A stretch of DNA of 64,000 nucleotides from assembly GCF_029227855.1 (NCBI RefSeq), contig NZ_CP074356.1. One strand, 5' to 3'. Made by a program: the position numbers and the translations under genes. Source of the stretch: Escherichia coli. GTDB taxonomy: Bacteria; Pseudomonadota; Gammaproteobacteria; Enterobacterales; Enterobacteriaceae. The number at the start of each line of letters is the position of its first letter. Within the stretch, counting starts at the first letter, position 1. The notes under the pieces were generated by a model. The model was not told the origin of the DNA and made no database searches. It saw nothing but the letters and a program-made list of their open reading frames with translations. Below are positions 34,646 through 44,014 of this stretch, one piece after another.

Positions 34646-35552
34646 ACTTAGTAGAGATAAACGGAACTGTACTGCCGGGGATCATGGTATCGGGTAGCTT
34701 ACCGTCCCAACGCTCAGCAGTGGTGAGGGCAACAAGTCCGGGATTATCCCGCAGAGCTTCACCGCGCAGGCGGATCGCTTCTGCTTCAGCCGCACTTTTT
34801 AAACGAATAGTTTCAGCCTCTGCCGCGCCTCTTACGCGAATAGTCTCAGCTTCTGCTTTGGCTGCCGCCAGTTTACTGTCTGCTTCTGCCTGGGCCTGAG
34901 TTACCGCTATTTGCGCCTGGATTTTCTCTGTTTCCAGATTTTGCTTACGTGTGGCAATGGCGACTTCTGCTTTCATTCGATCTTCAATCGATTTTTCATA
35001 AGCGTCAGAAAAATCAATATTTTCAATCTGAACACCATCAATCACCACCGGGCCAACAACGGCTTTACGCATTGCATTTTGCAGATCCTGAACCAGTTTT
35101 GTACGATCCTGTACCGCGCTAATGGCTGTATATTGCCCGAAAACGTTCTCCAGTTGGGTTGGCAGCTGGCGGACGATCAGACGCTCTTTTAAAGATTCAA
35201 TGGTGTTGTAGGTGGTATAAACCGCGCCTGCTTCTGAAGGTTTAATGTGGAAGCTGACTGATACTGTCATTTGTGCCGGTTGCTGGTCGCGGCTGTAGGC
35301 CTGTAATCCCTGATAAACCACAGCCTGATTACGCGTGGAAATTTTCTCCACGCTTTCCATAAAAGGGATCTTAAAACCCAGACCCGGCTCGGCAACTTTT
35401 ACGATTTTTCCGTAGCGCAGCAAAATGCCGCGTTCACCTTCATTAACGGTGTAATACGAGAGAAATGGCAGCACAACCACGGCAAGCACGCCAATGACGA
35501 TAGCAATAGATTTTTGTGGGCGAAATGAGGTTATTGAAACAGGTGCTTTCAT
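34644..35552 (-). CDS. SPFH/band-7 (prohibitin/HflC-like) membrane protein with C-terminal coiled-coil repeats (302 aa from MKAPV)
   Basis: ORF 34644..35588; N-terminal TM helix (IAIVIGVLAVVVLPFL), SPFH-like core, then Ala/Glu-rich repeats AEAETIRVRGA/AEAETIRLKSA/AEAEAIRLRGE. Start set at the Met preceded by the AGGAAG RBS. Not recognised as a K-12 gene at this position. Confidence 0.75.
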   Translation of the reverse strand: MKAPVSITSFRPQKSIAIVIGVLAVVVLPFLSYYTVNEGERGILLRYGKIVKVAEPGLGFKIPFMESVEKISTRNQAVVYQGLQAYSRDQQPAQMTVSVSFHIKPSEAGAVYTTYNTIESLKERLIVRQLPTQLENVFGQYTAISAVQDRTKLVQDLQNAMRKAVVGPVVIDGVQIENIDFSDAYEKSIEDRMKAEVAIATRKQNLETEKIQAQIAVTQAQAEADSKLAAAKAEAETIRVRGAAEAETIRLKSAAEAEAIRLRGEALRDNPGLVALTTAERWDGKLPDTMIPGSTVPFISTK

Positions 35553-35928
35553 ATGAATCTTCCTTGAGTAAAGTGGGGAATATGTCACATGAGGTGAGGA
35601 GAAAATAGCCGACAGGTGAGAATTCAGAATCTATAAAGGGGGATAGCGAAAAAACATTGCATTAGAAAAGTATGCTTTCGGATATTCAATAAATAAATGG
35701 CGATATGCATCACAAATACAATAACAAACAAAATATTGATTTTGTGATAAACATACCAAATACAAAGTTGACTTTAAAAATATCAATTTCATGTTGTTGT
35801 TATTTAAAGTTTTATTATTTTGACTAATGAGGTTTTTCTTCTCGCATGCCCAATTGCTTTCATTAAACCGCACGAGTATTTTATTTTTACCGCCGGACGG
35901 TACCCTAAAAATAAAATAAGGATAATTT

Positions 35929-36372
35929 ATGCGGCTTATTGATTATTTTCCAGAATCATCAATCTCAGTTATACATTCAGCAAAAGATTGGCAGGAAGCT
36001 ATCGATTTCTCGATGGCATCATTGCTGGATAAAAACTATATCAGCGAGAATTACATTCAGGCAATTAAAGATTCCACCATTAACAATGGCCCTTATTATA
36101 TTCTCGCGCCAGGTGTGGCAATGCCTCATGCGCGACCGGAATGTGGGGCGCTTAAAACCGGGATGTCTTTGACGTTACTTAAACAAGGCGTTTATTTTCC
36201 GGGGAATGACGAACCGATTAAATTACTCATCGGGCTTTCTGCTGCCGATGCCGATTCGCACATTGGCGCTATTCAGGCGTTAAGTGAATTACTGTGCGAA
36301 GAAGAAATACTCGAACAACTCTTAACAGCATCATCAGAAAAACAATTAGCGGACATTATCAGCCGCGGATAA
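35929..36372 (+). CDS. cmtB: Cryptic mannitol-type PTS enzyme IIA component
   Basis: 147-aa ORF MRLIDYFPESSISVIHSAKDWQEAIDFSMASLL... PTS EIIA(Mtl) fold with active-site His region. Confidence 0.88.
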   Translation: MRLIDYFPESSISVIHSAKDWQEAIDFSMASLLDKNYISENYIQAIKDSTINNGPYYILAPGVAMPHARPECGALKTGMSLTLLKQGVYFPGNDEPIKLLIGLSAADADSHIGAIQALSELLCEEEILEQLLTASSEKQLADIISRG

Positions 36373-36399
36373 TTACTCTCTCCTCTACAGGATAATATT

Positions 36400-37788
36400 A
36401 TGGAAAACAAGTCTGCTCGTGCAAAGGTCCAGGCTTTTGGGGGCTTTTTGACGGCAATGGTCATCCCCAATATCGGCGCTTTTATAGCCTGGGGTTTTAT
36501 AACGGCGTTATTTATTCCCACCGGCTGGCTGCCGAATGAGCATTTCGCCAAAATTGTCGGCCCGATGATTACCTATTTATTGCCCGTGATGATTGGTTCT
36601 ACTGGTGGTCATCTGGTCGGCGGTAAACGCGGGGCGGTCATGGGCGGAATAGGTACTATTGGTGTGATCGTTGGCGCAGAGATCCCGATGTTCCTTGGTT
36701 CGATGATTATGGGGCCGCTCGGTGGGCTGGTCATAAAATATGTCGATAAGGCACTGGAAAAACGCATACCTGCCGGTTTTGAGATGGTTATCAATAACTT
36801 CTCATTAGGTATTGCGGGGATGCTCCTTTGTCTGCTGGGTTTTGAAGTGATCGGCCCGGCGGTGTTAATTGCCAATACTTTCGTCAAAGAGTGTATTGAG
36901 GCGTTGGTACATGCGGGTTATCTGCCTCTGCTGTCAGTCATCAATGAACCGGCGAAAGTGCTTTTCCTCAATAACGCGATCGATCAGGGCGTCTATTATC
37001 CGCTGGGAATGCAACAGGCTTCGGTTAACGGTAAATCCATCTTCTTTATGGTGGCGTCCAATCCTGGGCCTGGATTAGGGCTGCTGCTGGCTTTTACCTT
37101 GTTTGGTAAAGGGATGAGTAAACGTTCTGCGCCAGGGGCGATGATTATTCACTTCCTCGGTGGGATCCACGAACTGTATTTCCCGTATGTGCTGATGAAG
37201 CCGCTGACCATTATTGCCATGATTGCGGGCGGTATGTCTGGCACCTGGATGTTTAACTTACTGGACGGTGGTCTGGTGGCTGGCCCAAGTCCGGGGTCTA
37301 TCTTTGCTTACCTGGCGCTGACGCCGAAAGGCTCATTCCTGGCGACAATTGCTGGTGTTACGGTAGGTACCCTGGTGTCCTTTGCTATCACTTCGCTGAT
37401 ACTGAAGATGGAAAAAACGGTGGAAACGGAGAACGAAGATGAGTTTGCTCAGTCAGCCAATGCGGTTAAGGCGATGAAACAAGAGGGTGCATTCTCGTTA
37501 AGCCGGGTTAAGCGTATCGCCTTTGTTTGCGATGCGGGGATGGGCTCCAGCGCGATGGGCGCGACCACCTTCCGTAAACGCCTGGAAAAGGCGGGGCTGG
37601 CAATAGAAGTAAAACATTACGCGATAGAAAACGTGCCTGCGGATGCCGATATCGTCGTTACTCATGCCAGTCTGGAAGGGCGCGTGAAACGTGTGACGGA
37701 TAAACCGCTGATATTGATTAATAACTATATTGGCGATCCAAAACTCGACACTTTATTTAATCAATTAACCGCCGAACATAAACACTGA
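36400..37788 (+). CDS. cmtA: Cryptic mannitol-type PTS enzyme IICB component
   Basis: 462-aa ORF MENKSARAKVQAFGGFLTAMVIPNIGAFIAWGFITALF...; EIIC membrane domain plus C-terminal EIIB (CDAGMGSS). Confidence 0.88.
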   Translation: MENKSARAKVQAFGGFLTAMVIPNIGAFIAWGFITALFIPTGWLPNEHFAKIVGPMITYLLPVMIGSTGGHLVGGKRGAVMGGIGTIGVIVGAEIPMFLGSMIMGPLGGLVIKYVDKALEKRIPAGFEMVINNFSLGIAGMLLCLLGFEVIGPAVLIANTFVKECIEALVHAGYLPLLSVINEPAKVLFLNNAIDQGVYYPLGMQQASVNGKSIFFMVASNPGPGLGLLLAFTLFGKGMSKRSAPGAMIIHFLGGIHELYFPYVLMKPLTIIAMIAGGMSGTWMFNLLDGGLVAGPSPGSIFAYLALTPKGSFLATIAGVTVGTLVSFAITSLILKMEKTVETENEDEFAQSANAVKAMKQEGAFSLSRVKRIAFVCDAGMGSSAMGATTFRKRLEKAGLAIEVKHYAIENVPADADIVVTHASLEGRVKRVTDKPLILINNYIGDPKLDTLFNQLTAEHKH

Positions 37789-37802
37789 TTACAGAGGTAA
37801 AA

Positions 37803-39080
37803 ATGAAAACCAAAGTTGCTGCTATTTATGGCAAGCGGGATGTCCGTCTGCGCGAATTTGAACTGCCAGAAATTACCGATAATGAACTGTTAGTGAGTGT
37901 AATTTCTGACAGCGTCTGTTTATCGACCTGGAAAGCGGCGTTACTCGGTAGTGAACATAAACGCGTACCCGACGATTTAGAAAATCATCCGGTCATTACC
38001 GGGCATGAATGTGCCGGGGTTATTGTTGAAGTGGGTAAAAATCTCACCGACAAATATAAAAAAGGCCAGCGTTTTGTATTGCAACCGGCGATGGGGTTAC
38101 CAAGCGGATATTCAGCGGGCTACAGCTACGAATATTTTGGCGGTAACGCCACCTATATGATTATTCCCGAAATCGCCATTAATTTGGGCTGCGTATTACC
38201 GTATCACGGCTCTTATTTTGCTGCGGCGTCGCTGGCAGAGCCTATGTGCTGCATTATTGGCGCTTATCATGCCAATTATCACACCACGCAATATGTTTAT
38301 GAGCATCGCATGGGCGTTAAACCTGGCGGCAATATTGCGCTGCTGGCATGTGCTGGTCCGATGGGCATTGGCGCTATCGATTATGCTATTAACGGCGGCA
38401 TACAACCGTCGCGGGTGGTGGTGGTCGATATCGACGACAAACGCCTGGCGCAGGTACAAAAGCTGCTGCCGGTGGAACTGGCGGCCAGTAAAGGCATTGA
38501 GCTAGTGTATATGAATACCAAAGGGATGAGCGATCCGGTCCAGACGCTGCGGGCGCTGACGGATGATGCCGGATTTGATGACGTATTTGTCTATGCAGCG
38601 GTGCCTTCAGTCGTCGAGATGGCTGATGAATTACTGGCGGAAGATGGCTGCCTGAACTTCTTTGCCGGGCCGACGGATAAAAACTTCAAAGTGCCGTTTA
38701 ATTTCTACAACGTCCATTACAACAGCACGCATGTCGTCGGTACTTCCGGCGGTTCAACGGACGACATGAAAGAGGCGATTGCGCTTAGCGCCACAGGGCA
38801 GTTGCAGCCGTCGTTTATGGTGACCCATATCGGTGGGCTGGATGCGGTGCCTGATACCGTGCTCAATCTGCCGGATATCCCCGGCGGTAAAAAACTCATT
38901 TATAACGGCGTCACCATGCCGCTCACTGCCATTGCCGATTTTGCCGAAAAAGGCAAAACCGATCCGCTGTTTAAAGAGCTGGCGCGGCTGGTTGAGGAAA
39001 CGCACGGCATCTGGAATGAGCAGGCCGAGAAATATCTGCTGGCGCAATTTGGCGTTGATATCGGGGAGGCCGCACAATGA
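37803..39080 (+). CDS. yggP: Zn-dependent alcohol/polyol dehydrogenase-like protein YggP
   Basis: 425-aa ORF MKTKVAAIYGKRDVRLREFELPEITDNELLV...GHECAGVIVEVG (MDR family). Confidence 0.85.
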   Translation: MKTKVAAIYGKRDVRLREFELPEITDNELLVSVISDSVCLSTWKAALLGSEHKRVPDDLENHPVITGHECAGVIVEVGKNLTDKYKKGQRFVLQPAMGLPSGYSAGYSYEYFGGNATYMIIPEIAINLGCVLPYHGSYFAAASLAEPMCCIIGAYHANYHTTQYVYEHRMGVKPGGNIALLACAGPMGIGAIDYAINGGIQPSRVVVVDIDDKRLAQVQKLLPVELAASKGIELVYMNTKGMSDPVQTLRALTDDAGFDDVFVYAAVPSVVEMADELLAEDGCLNFFAGPTDKNFKVPFNFYNVHYNSTHVVGTSGGSTDDMKEAIALSATGQLQPSFMVTHIGGLDAVPDTVLNLPDIPGGKKLIYNGVTMPLTAIADFAEKGKTDPLFKELARLVEETHGIWNEQAEKYLLAQFGVDIGEAAQ

Positions 39081-40042
39081 TGTCCCTGGCGTGGCCATTA
39101 TTTCGCGTTACGGAACAGGCAGCGTTGGCTGCCTGGCCGCAAACCGGATGTGGCGACAAAAATAAAATTGATGGCCTGGCGGTCACCGCGATGCGCCAGG
39201 CATTAAACGACGTCGCTTTTCGTGGGCGAGTGGTTATCGGCGAGGGAGAGATTGACCATGCGCCGATGCTGTGGATTGGCGAAGAGGTGGGCAAAGGCGA
39301 TGGGCCAGAAGTCGATATCGCGGTTGACCCGATTGAAGGTACGCGGATGGTGGCGATGGGGCAGAGCAATGCGCTGGCGGTCATGGCTTTCGCCCCTCGA
39401 GATAGCCTGTTACACGCGCCCGATATGTATATGAAAAAACTGGTTGTTAATCGGCTGGCGGCGGGCGCGATTGATCTGTCCATGCCTCTGGCGGACAACT
39501 TGCGCAACGTGGCGAAAGCGTTAGGCAAACCGCTGGACAAGCTGCGTATGGTTACGCTGGATAAACCGCGCCTGAGTGCCGCAATTGAGGAAGCAACACA
39601 GCTGGGCGTGAAGGTTTTTGCCCTGCCGGATGGCGATGTCGCCGCCAGCGTGCTGACCTGCTGGCAGGATAATCCTTACGATGTGATGTACACCATCGGC
39701 GGTGCGCCAGAAGGCGTGATTTCTGCCTGTGCCGTTAAAGCATTAGGCGGGGATATGCAGGCCGAGCTGATTGACTTTTGTCAGGCTAAAGGGGATTACA
39801 CGGAAAATCGGCAGATTGCAGAGCAGGAGCGCAAGCGTTGCAAGGAAATGGGCGTTGACGTTAACCGTGTGTACTCGCTCGATGAACTGGTGAGGGGGAA
39901 CGATATCCTCTTTAGCGCTACGGGCGTGACGGGCGGCGAGCTAGTGAACGGTATCCAACAGACGGCGAATGGGGTGCGGACGCAGACATTACTGATCGGC
40001 GGCGCGGACCAAACGTGTAATATAATAGACTCCCTGCATTGA
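39077..40042 (+). CDS. yggF: Fructose-1,6-bisphosphatase class II (GlpX-like) YggF
   Basis: 321-aa ORF MMSLAWPLFRVTEQAALAAWPQTGCGDKNKIDGLAVTAMRQAL...; 4-nt overlap with yggP. Confidence 0.88.
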   Translation: MMSLAWPLFRVTEQAALAAWPQTGCGDKNKIDGLAVTAMRQALNDVAFRGRVVIGEGEIDHAPMLWIGEEVGKGDGPEVDIAVDPIEGTRMVAMGQSNALAVMAFAPRDSLLHAPDMYMKKLVVNRLAAGAIDLSMPLADNLRNVAKALGKPLDKLRMVTLDKPRLSAAIEEATQLGVKVFALPDGDVAASVLTCWQDNPYDVMYTIGGAPEGVISACAVKALGGDMQAELIDFCQAKGDYTENRQIAEQERKRCKEMGVDVNRVYSLDELVRGNDILFSATGVTGGELVNGIQQTANGVRTQTLLIGGADQTCNIIDSLH

Positions 40043-40063
40043 TGGTGATCTATCGGAAGACCA

Positions 40064-40573
40064 ATGGCGACGCTGACAGAAGATGATGTGCTTGAGCAAC
40101 TGGAGGCACAGGACAATTTATTTTCATTTATGAAAACTGCGCATACCATTTTGCTCCAGGGGATACGCCAGTTTCTGCCGTCGCTGTTTGTCAATAACGA
40201 TGAAGAGATCGTGGAATATGCAGTGAAGCCGTTACTCGCCCAAAGCGGCCCGCTTGACGATATTGATGTTGCGCTGCGTTTGATTTATGCGCTGGGGAAA
40301 ATGGATAAATGGCTGTACGCCGATATCACGCATTTTTCCCAGTTCTGGCATTACCTGAACGAACAGAATGAAATGCCCGGATTTGCCGATGACATGACCT
40401 GGGATTTTATTAGCAACGTCAATAGCATAACCCGCAATGCGACTCTCTATGACGCGTTGAAAGCGATGAAGTTCGCCGATTTCGCCGTCTGGTCAGAGGC
40501 GCGTTTTAGCGGGATGGTCAAAACGGCGCTGACGCTGGCAGTAACGACAACCTTAAAGGAATTAACGCCGTGA
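40064..40573 (+). CDS. yggD: MtlR-like transcriptional regulator YggD
   Basis: 169-aa ORF MATLTEDDVLEQLEAQDNLFSFMKTAHTILLQG... Confidence 0.85.
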   Translation: MATLTEDDVLEQLEAQDNLFSFMKTAHTILLQGIRQFLPSLFVNNDEEIVEYAVKPLLAQSGPLDDIDVALRLIYALGKMDKWLYADITHFSQFWHYLNEQNEMPGFADDMTWDFISNVNSITRNATLYDALKAMKFADFAVWSEARFSGMVKTALTLAVTTTLKELTP

Positions 40574-41283
40574 AAATCGAACTGACGGTGAATGGACTAA
40601 AGGTACAGGCGCAGTACTCTGATGATGAAATTGAGAATGTTCATAAACCGCTACTGCGTATGCTGGCGGCCTTACAGACGGTAAATCCGCAGCGGCGTAC
40701 GGTGGTTTTTCTTTGCGCTCCGCCTGGTACAGGAAAATCGACTCTGACCACCTTCTGGGAATATCTTGCGCAACAAGACCCCGAACTGCCCGCTATTCAG
40801 ACGCTGCCGATGGATGGTTTTCATCATTACAATAGCTGGCTGGATGCGCATCAATTGCGCCCCTTCAAAGGCGCACCAGAGACATTTGACGTTGCGAAAC
40901 TGGCGGAAAATCTGCGCCAGGTAATGGAAGGGGATTGTACGTGGCCGCAGTACGATCGACAAAAGCATGATCCTGTTGAAGATGCGCTGCACGTTACCGC
41001 ACCCCTCGTCATCGTCGAAGGAAACTGGCTATTACTGGATGATGAAAAGTGGCAGGAGTTGGCATCTTTCTGCGATTTTTCTATTTTTATTCATGCACCT
41101 GCTCAAATTCTGCGGGAGCGCTTGATTAGTCGTAAAATTGCGGGAGGATTATCGCGGCAAGAAGCCGAAGCTTTTTATGCCCGAACCGATGGTCCCAATG
41201 TCGAGCGTGTGCTGGTGAATAGTCGTCAGGCCAATCTGATATTAGAGATGACCGAAGAAGGCAGATATCACTTCAAAAGCTGA
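40570..41283 (+). CDS. yggC: P-loop nucleoside/pantothenate-kinase-like protein YggC
   Basis: 237-aa ORF with Walker A APPGTGKST; 4-nt overlap with yggD. Confidence 0.85.
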   Translation: MKIELTVNGLKVQAQYSDDEIENVHKPLLRMLAALQTVNPQRRTVVFLCAPPGTGKSTLTTFWEYLAQQDPELPAIQTLPMDGFHHYNSWLDAHQLRPFKGAPETFDVAKLAENLRQVMEGDCTWPQYDRQKHDPVEDALHVTAPLVIVEGNWLLLDDEKWQELASFCDFSIFIHAPAQILRERLISRKIAGGLSRQEAEAFYARTDGPNVERVLVNSRQANLILEMTEEGRYHFKS

Positions 41284-41567
41284 CAATTTATTCCAGTTAT
41301 TGCAGGGGTATTATTACGCCAGCCTGGAATAAAGCCCCCTACAAAAGGGGATAAAAGTGTGATGTAAGTCAGATAAATGTCTTCTTCGGCTGGACAATCA
41401 TTCCTTTTATTCCACGTTTCGCTTATCCTAGCTGAAGCGTTTCAGTCGATTAAATGTTCGACAATTAACCAATCAGTCGCAGTTTGCGACAGGTAAGGTT
41501 TCCCCGGACGATTTGCTGGATTACTCTGTCTGGCAAATTTGCTCAGGGAAAACCTTGCAGGAGATCT

Positions 41568-42587
41568 ATGACCGTACGCGTAGCGATAAATGGCTTCGGT
41601 CGCATCGGGCGTAATGTGGTTCGTGCTTTGTATGAATCCGGACGCCGGGCGGAAATTACCGTGGTGGCAATCAACGAACTGGCGGATGCTGCGGGCATGG
41701 CGCATTTGTTGAAATATGACACCAGCCATGGCCGTTTTGCATGGGAAGTACGACAGGAACGCGATCAACTTTTTGTTGGTGATGACGCCATCCGCGTATT
41801 GCATGAACGTTCACTGCAATCGCTCCCCTGGCGTGAACTTGGCGTTGATGTAGTCCTCGACTGCACCGGCGTATATGGCTCCCGCGAGCATGGCGAAGCG
41901 CATATTGCCGCCGGGGCCAAAAAAGTGCTCTTTTCACATCCTGGCAGTAACGATCTCGACGCGACCGTTGTTTACGGCGTCAATCAGGATCAACTTCGTG
42001 CGGAACACCGCATCGTTTCTAACGCTTCCTGTACCACGAATTGCATAATTCCCGTCATCAAATTGTTAGATGATGCGTACGGTATTGAGTCCGGCACTGT
42101 GACCACAATTCACTCCGCCATGCACGATCAACAGGTTATTGATGCATACCATCCTGACCTGCGTCGCACCCGGGCAGCCAGCCAGTCGATCATTCCGGTC
42201 GATACTAAACTGGCCGCCGGTATCACACGATTTTTTCCGCAATTTAACGATCGCTTTGAAGCGATTGCGGTACGTGTGCCAACCATAAATGTGACGGCAA
42301 TCGATTTAAGCGTGACGGTGAAGAAACCTGTAAAAGCCAATGAAGTCAACCTGTTGCTGCAAAAAGCAGCACAAGGTGCATTTCATGGTATAGTTGACTA
42401 TACGGAATTGCCGTTGGTCTCTGTAGATTTTAACCACGATCCGCACAGTGCCATTGTCGATGGCACCCAAACCCGGGTCAGTGGCGCACACCTGATCAAA
42501 ACGTTGGTCTGGTGCGATAACGAATGGGGCTTTGCTAACCGAATGCTCGACACGACGTTAGCTATGGCTACTGTTGCTTTCAGGTAA
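41568..42587 (+). CDS. epd: D-erythrose-4-phosphate dehydrogenase (339 aa)
   Basis: ORF 41484..42587; protein from [37 protein letters not shown]; start trimmed. Confidence 0.93.
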
Positions 42588-42636
42588 GACGCAAGCAGCG
42601 TCTGCAAAACTTTTAGAATCAACGAGAGGATTCACC

Positions 42637-43800
42637 ATGTCTGTAATTAAGATGACCGATCTGGATCTTGCTGGGAAACGTGTATTTATCCGTGCGGATC
42701 TGAACGTACCAGTAAAAGACGGGAAAGTAACCAGCGACGCGCGTATCCGTGCTTCTCTGCCGACCATCGAACTGGCCCTGAAACAAGGCGCAAAAGTGAT
42801 GGTAACTTCCCACCTGGGTCGTCCTACCGAAGGCGAGTACAACGAAGAATTCTCTCTGCTGCCGGTTGTTAACTACCTGAAAGACAAACTGTCTAACCCG
42901 GTTCGTTTGGTTAAAGATTACCTCGACGGCGTTGACGTTGCTGAAGGTGAACTGGTTGTTCTGGAAAACGTTCGCTTCAACAAAGGCGAGAAGAAAGACG
43001 ACGAAACTCTGTCCAAAAAATACGCTGCACTGTGTGACGTGTTCGTAATGGACGCATTCGGTACTGCTCACCGCGCGCAGGCTTCTACTCACGGTATCGG
43101 TAAATTTGCTGATGTTGCGTGCGCAGGTCCGCTGCTGGCAGCTGAACTGGACGCGCTGGGTAAAGCACTGAAAGAACCTGCTCGCCCGATGGTGGCTATC
43201 GTTGGTGGTTCTAAAGTATCTACCAAACTGACCGTTCTGGACTCCCTGTCTAAAATCGCTGACCAGCTGATTGTTGGTGGTGGCATCGCTAACACCTTTA
43301 TCGCGGCACAAGGCCACGATGTGGGTAAATCTCTGTACGAAGCTGACCTGGTTGACGAAGCTAAACGTCTGCTGACCACCTGCAACATCCCGGTTCCGTC
43401 TGATGTTCGCGTAGCAACCGAGTTCTCTGAAACTGCACCGGCTACCCTGAAATCTGTTAACGATGTGAAAGCTGACGAGCAGATCCTGGATATCGGTGAT
43501 GCTTCCGCTCAGGAACTGGCTGAAATCCTGAAGAATGCGAAAACCATTCTGTGGAACGGTCCGGTTGGCGTGTTCGAATTCCCGAACTTCCGCAAAGGTA
43601 CTGAAATCGTGGCTAACGCTATCGCAGACAGCGAAGCGTTCTCCATCGCTGGCGGCGGCGACACTCTGGCAGCAATCGACCTGTTCGGCATTGCTGACAA
43701 AATCTCCTACATCTCCACTGGCGGCGGTGCATTCCTCGAATTCGTGGAAGGTAAAGTACTGCCTGCAGTAGCGATGCTCGAAGAGCGCGCTAAGAAGTAA
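42637..43800 (+). CDS. pgk: Phosphoglycerate kinase (387 aa)
   Basis: ORF 42574..43800; protein from [39 protein letters not shown]; start trimmed. Confidence 0.95.
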
Positions 43801-44014
43801 AAAAATCACAGGGCAGGGAAACCTGCCCTTGTTGCAGCGCGCTTTTAAAGCACGCACTTTTTCATACTCTAAATAATTCGAGTTGCAGGAAGGCGACAAG
43901 AGAGTGAATCCCATGAGCTTACATAAGTAAGTGACTGAGGTGAGCGAACGCAGACGCAGCACATGCAACTTGAAGTATGACGAGTATAAGGCCCGACGAT
44001 ACAGGACAAGAGAC

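Noticed and set aside
35631-35873. 80-aa minus-strand ORF in the AT-rich region between the SPFH gene and cmtB; considered as a possible NfeD-like partner
   Set aside because: Asn/Lys/Tyr/Phe-rich translation typical of chance ORFs in AT-rich DNA; no TM-plus-OB-fold NfeD organisation and no obvious RBS.
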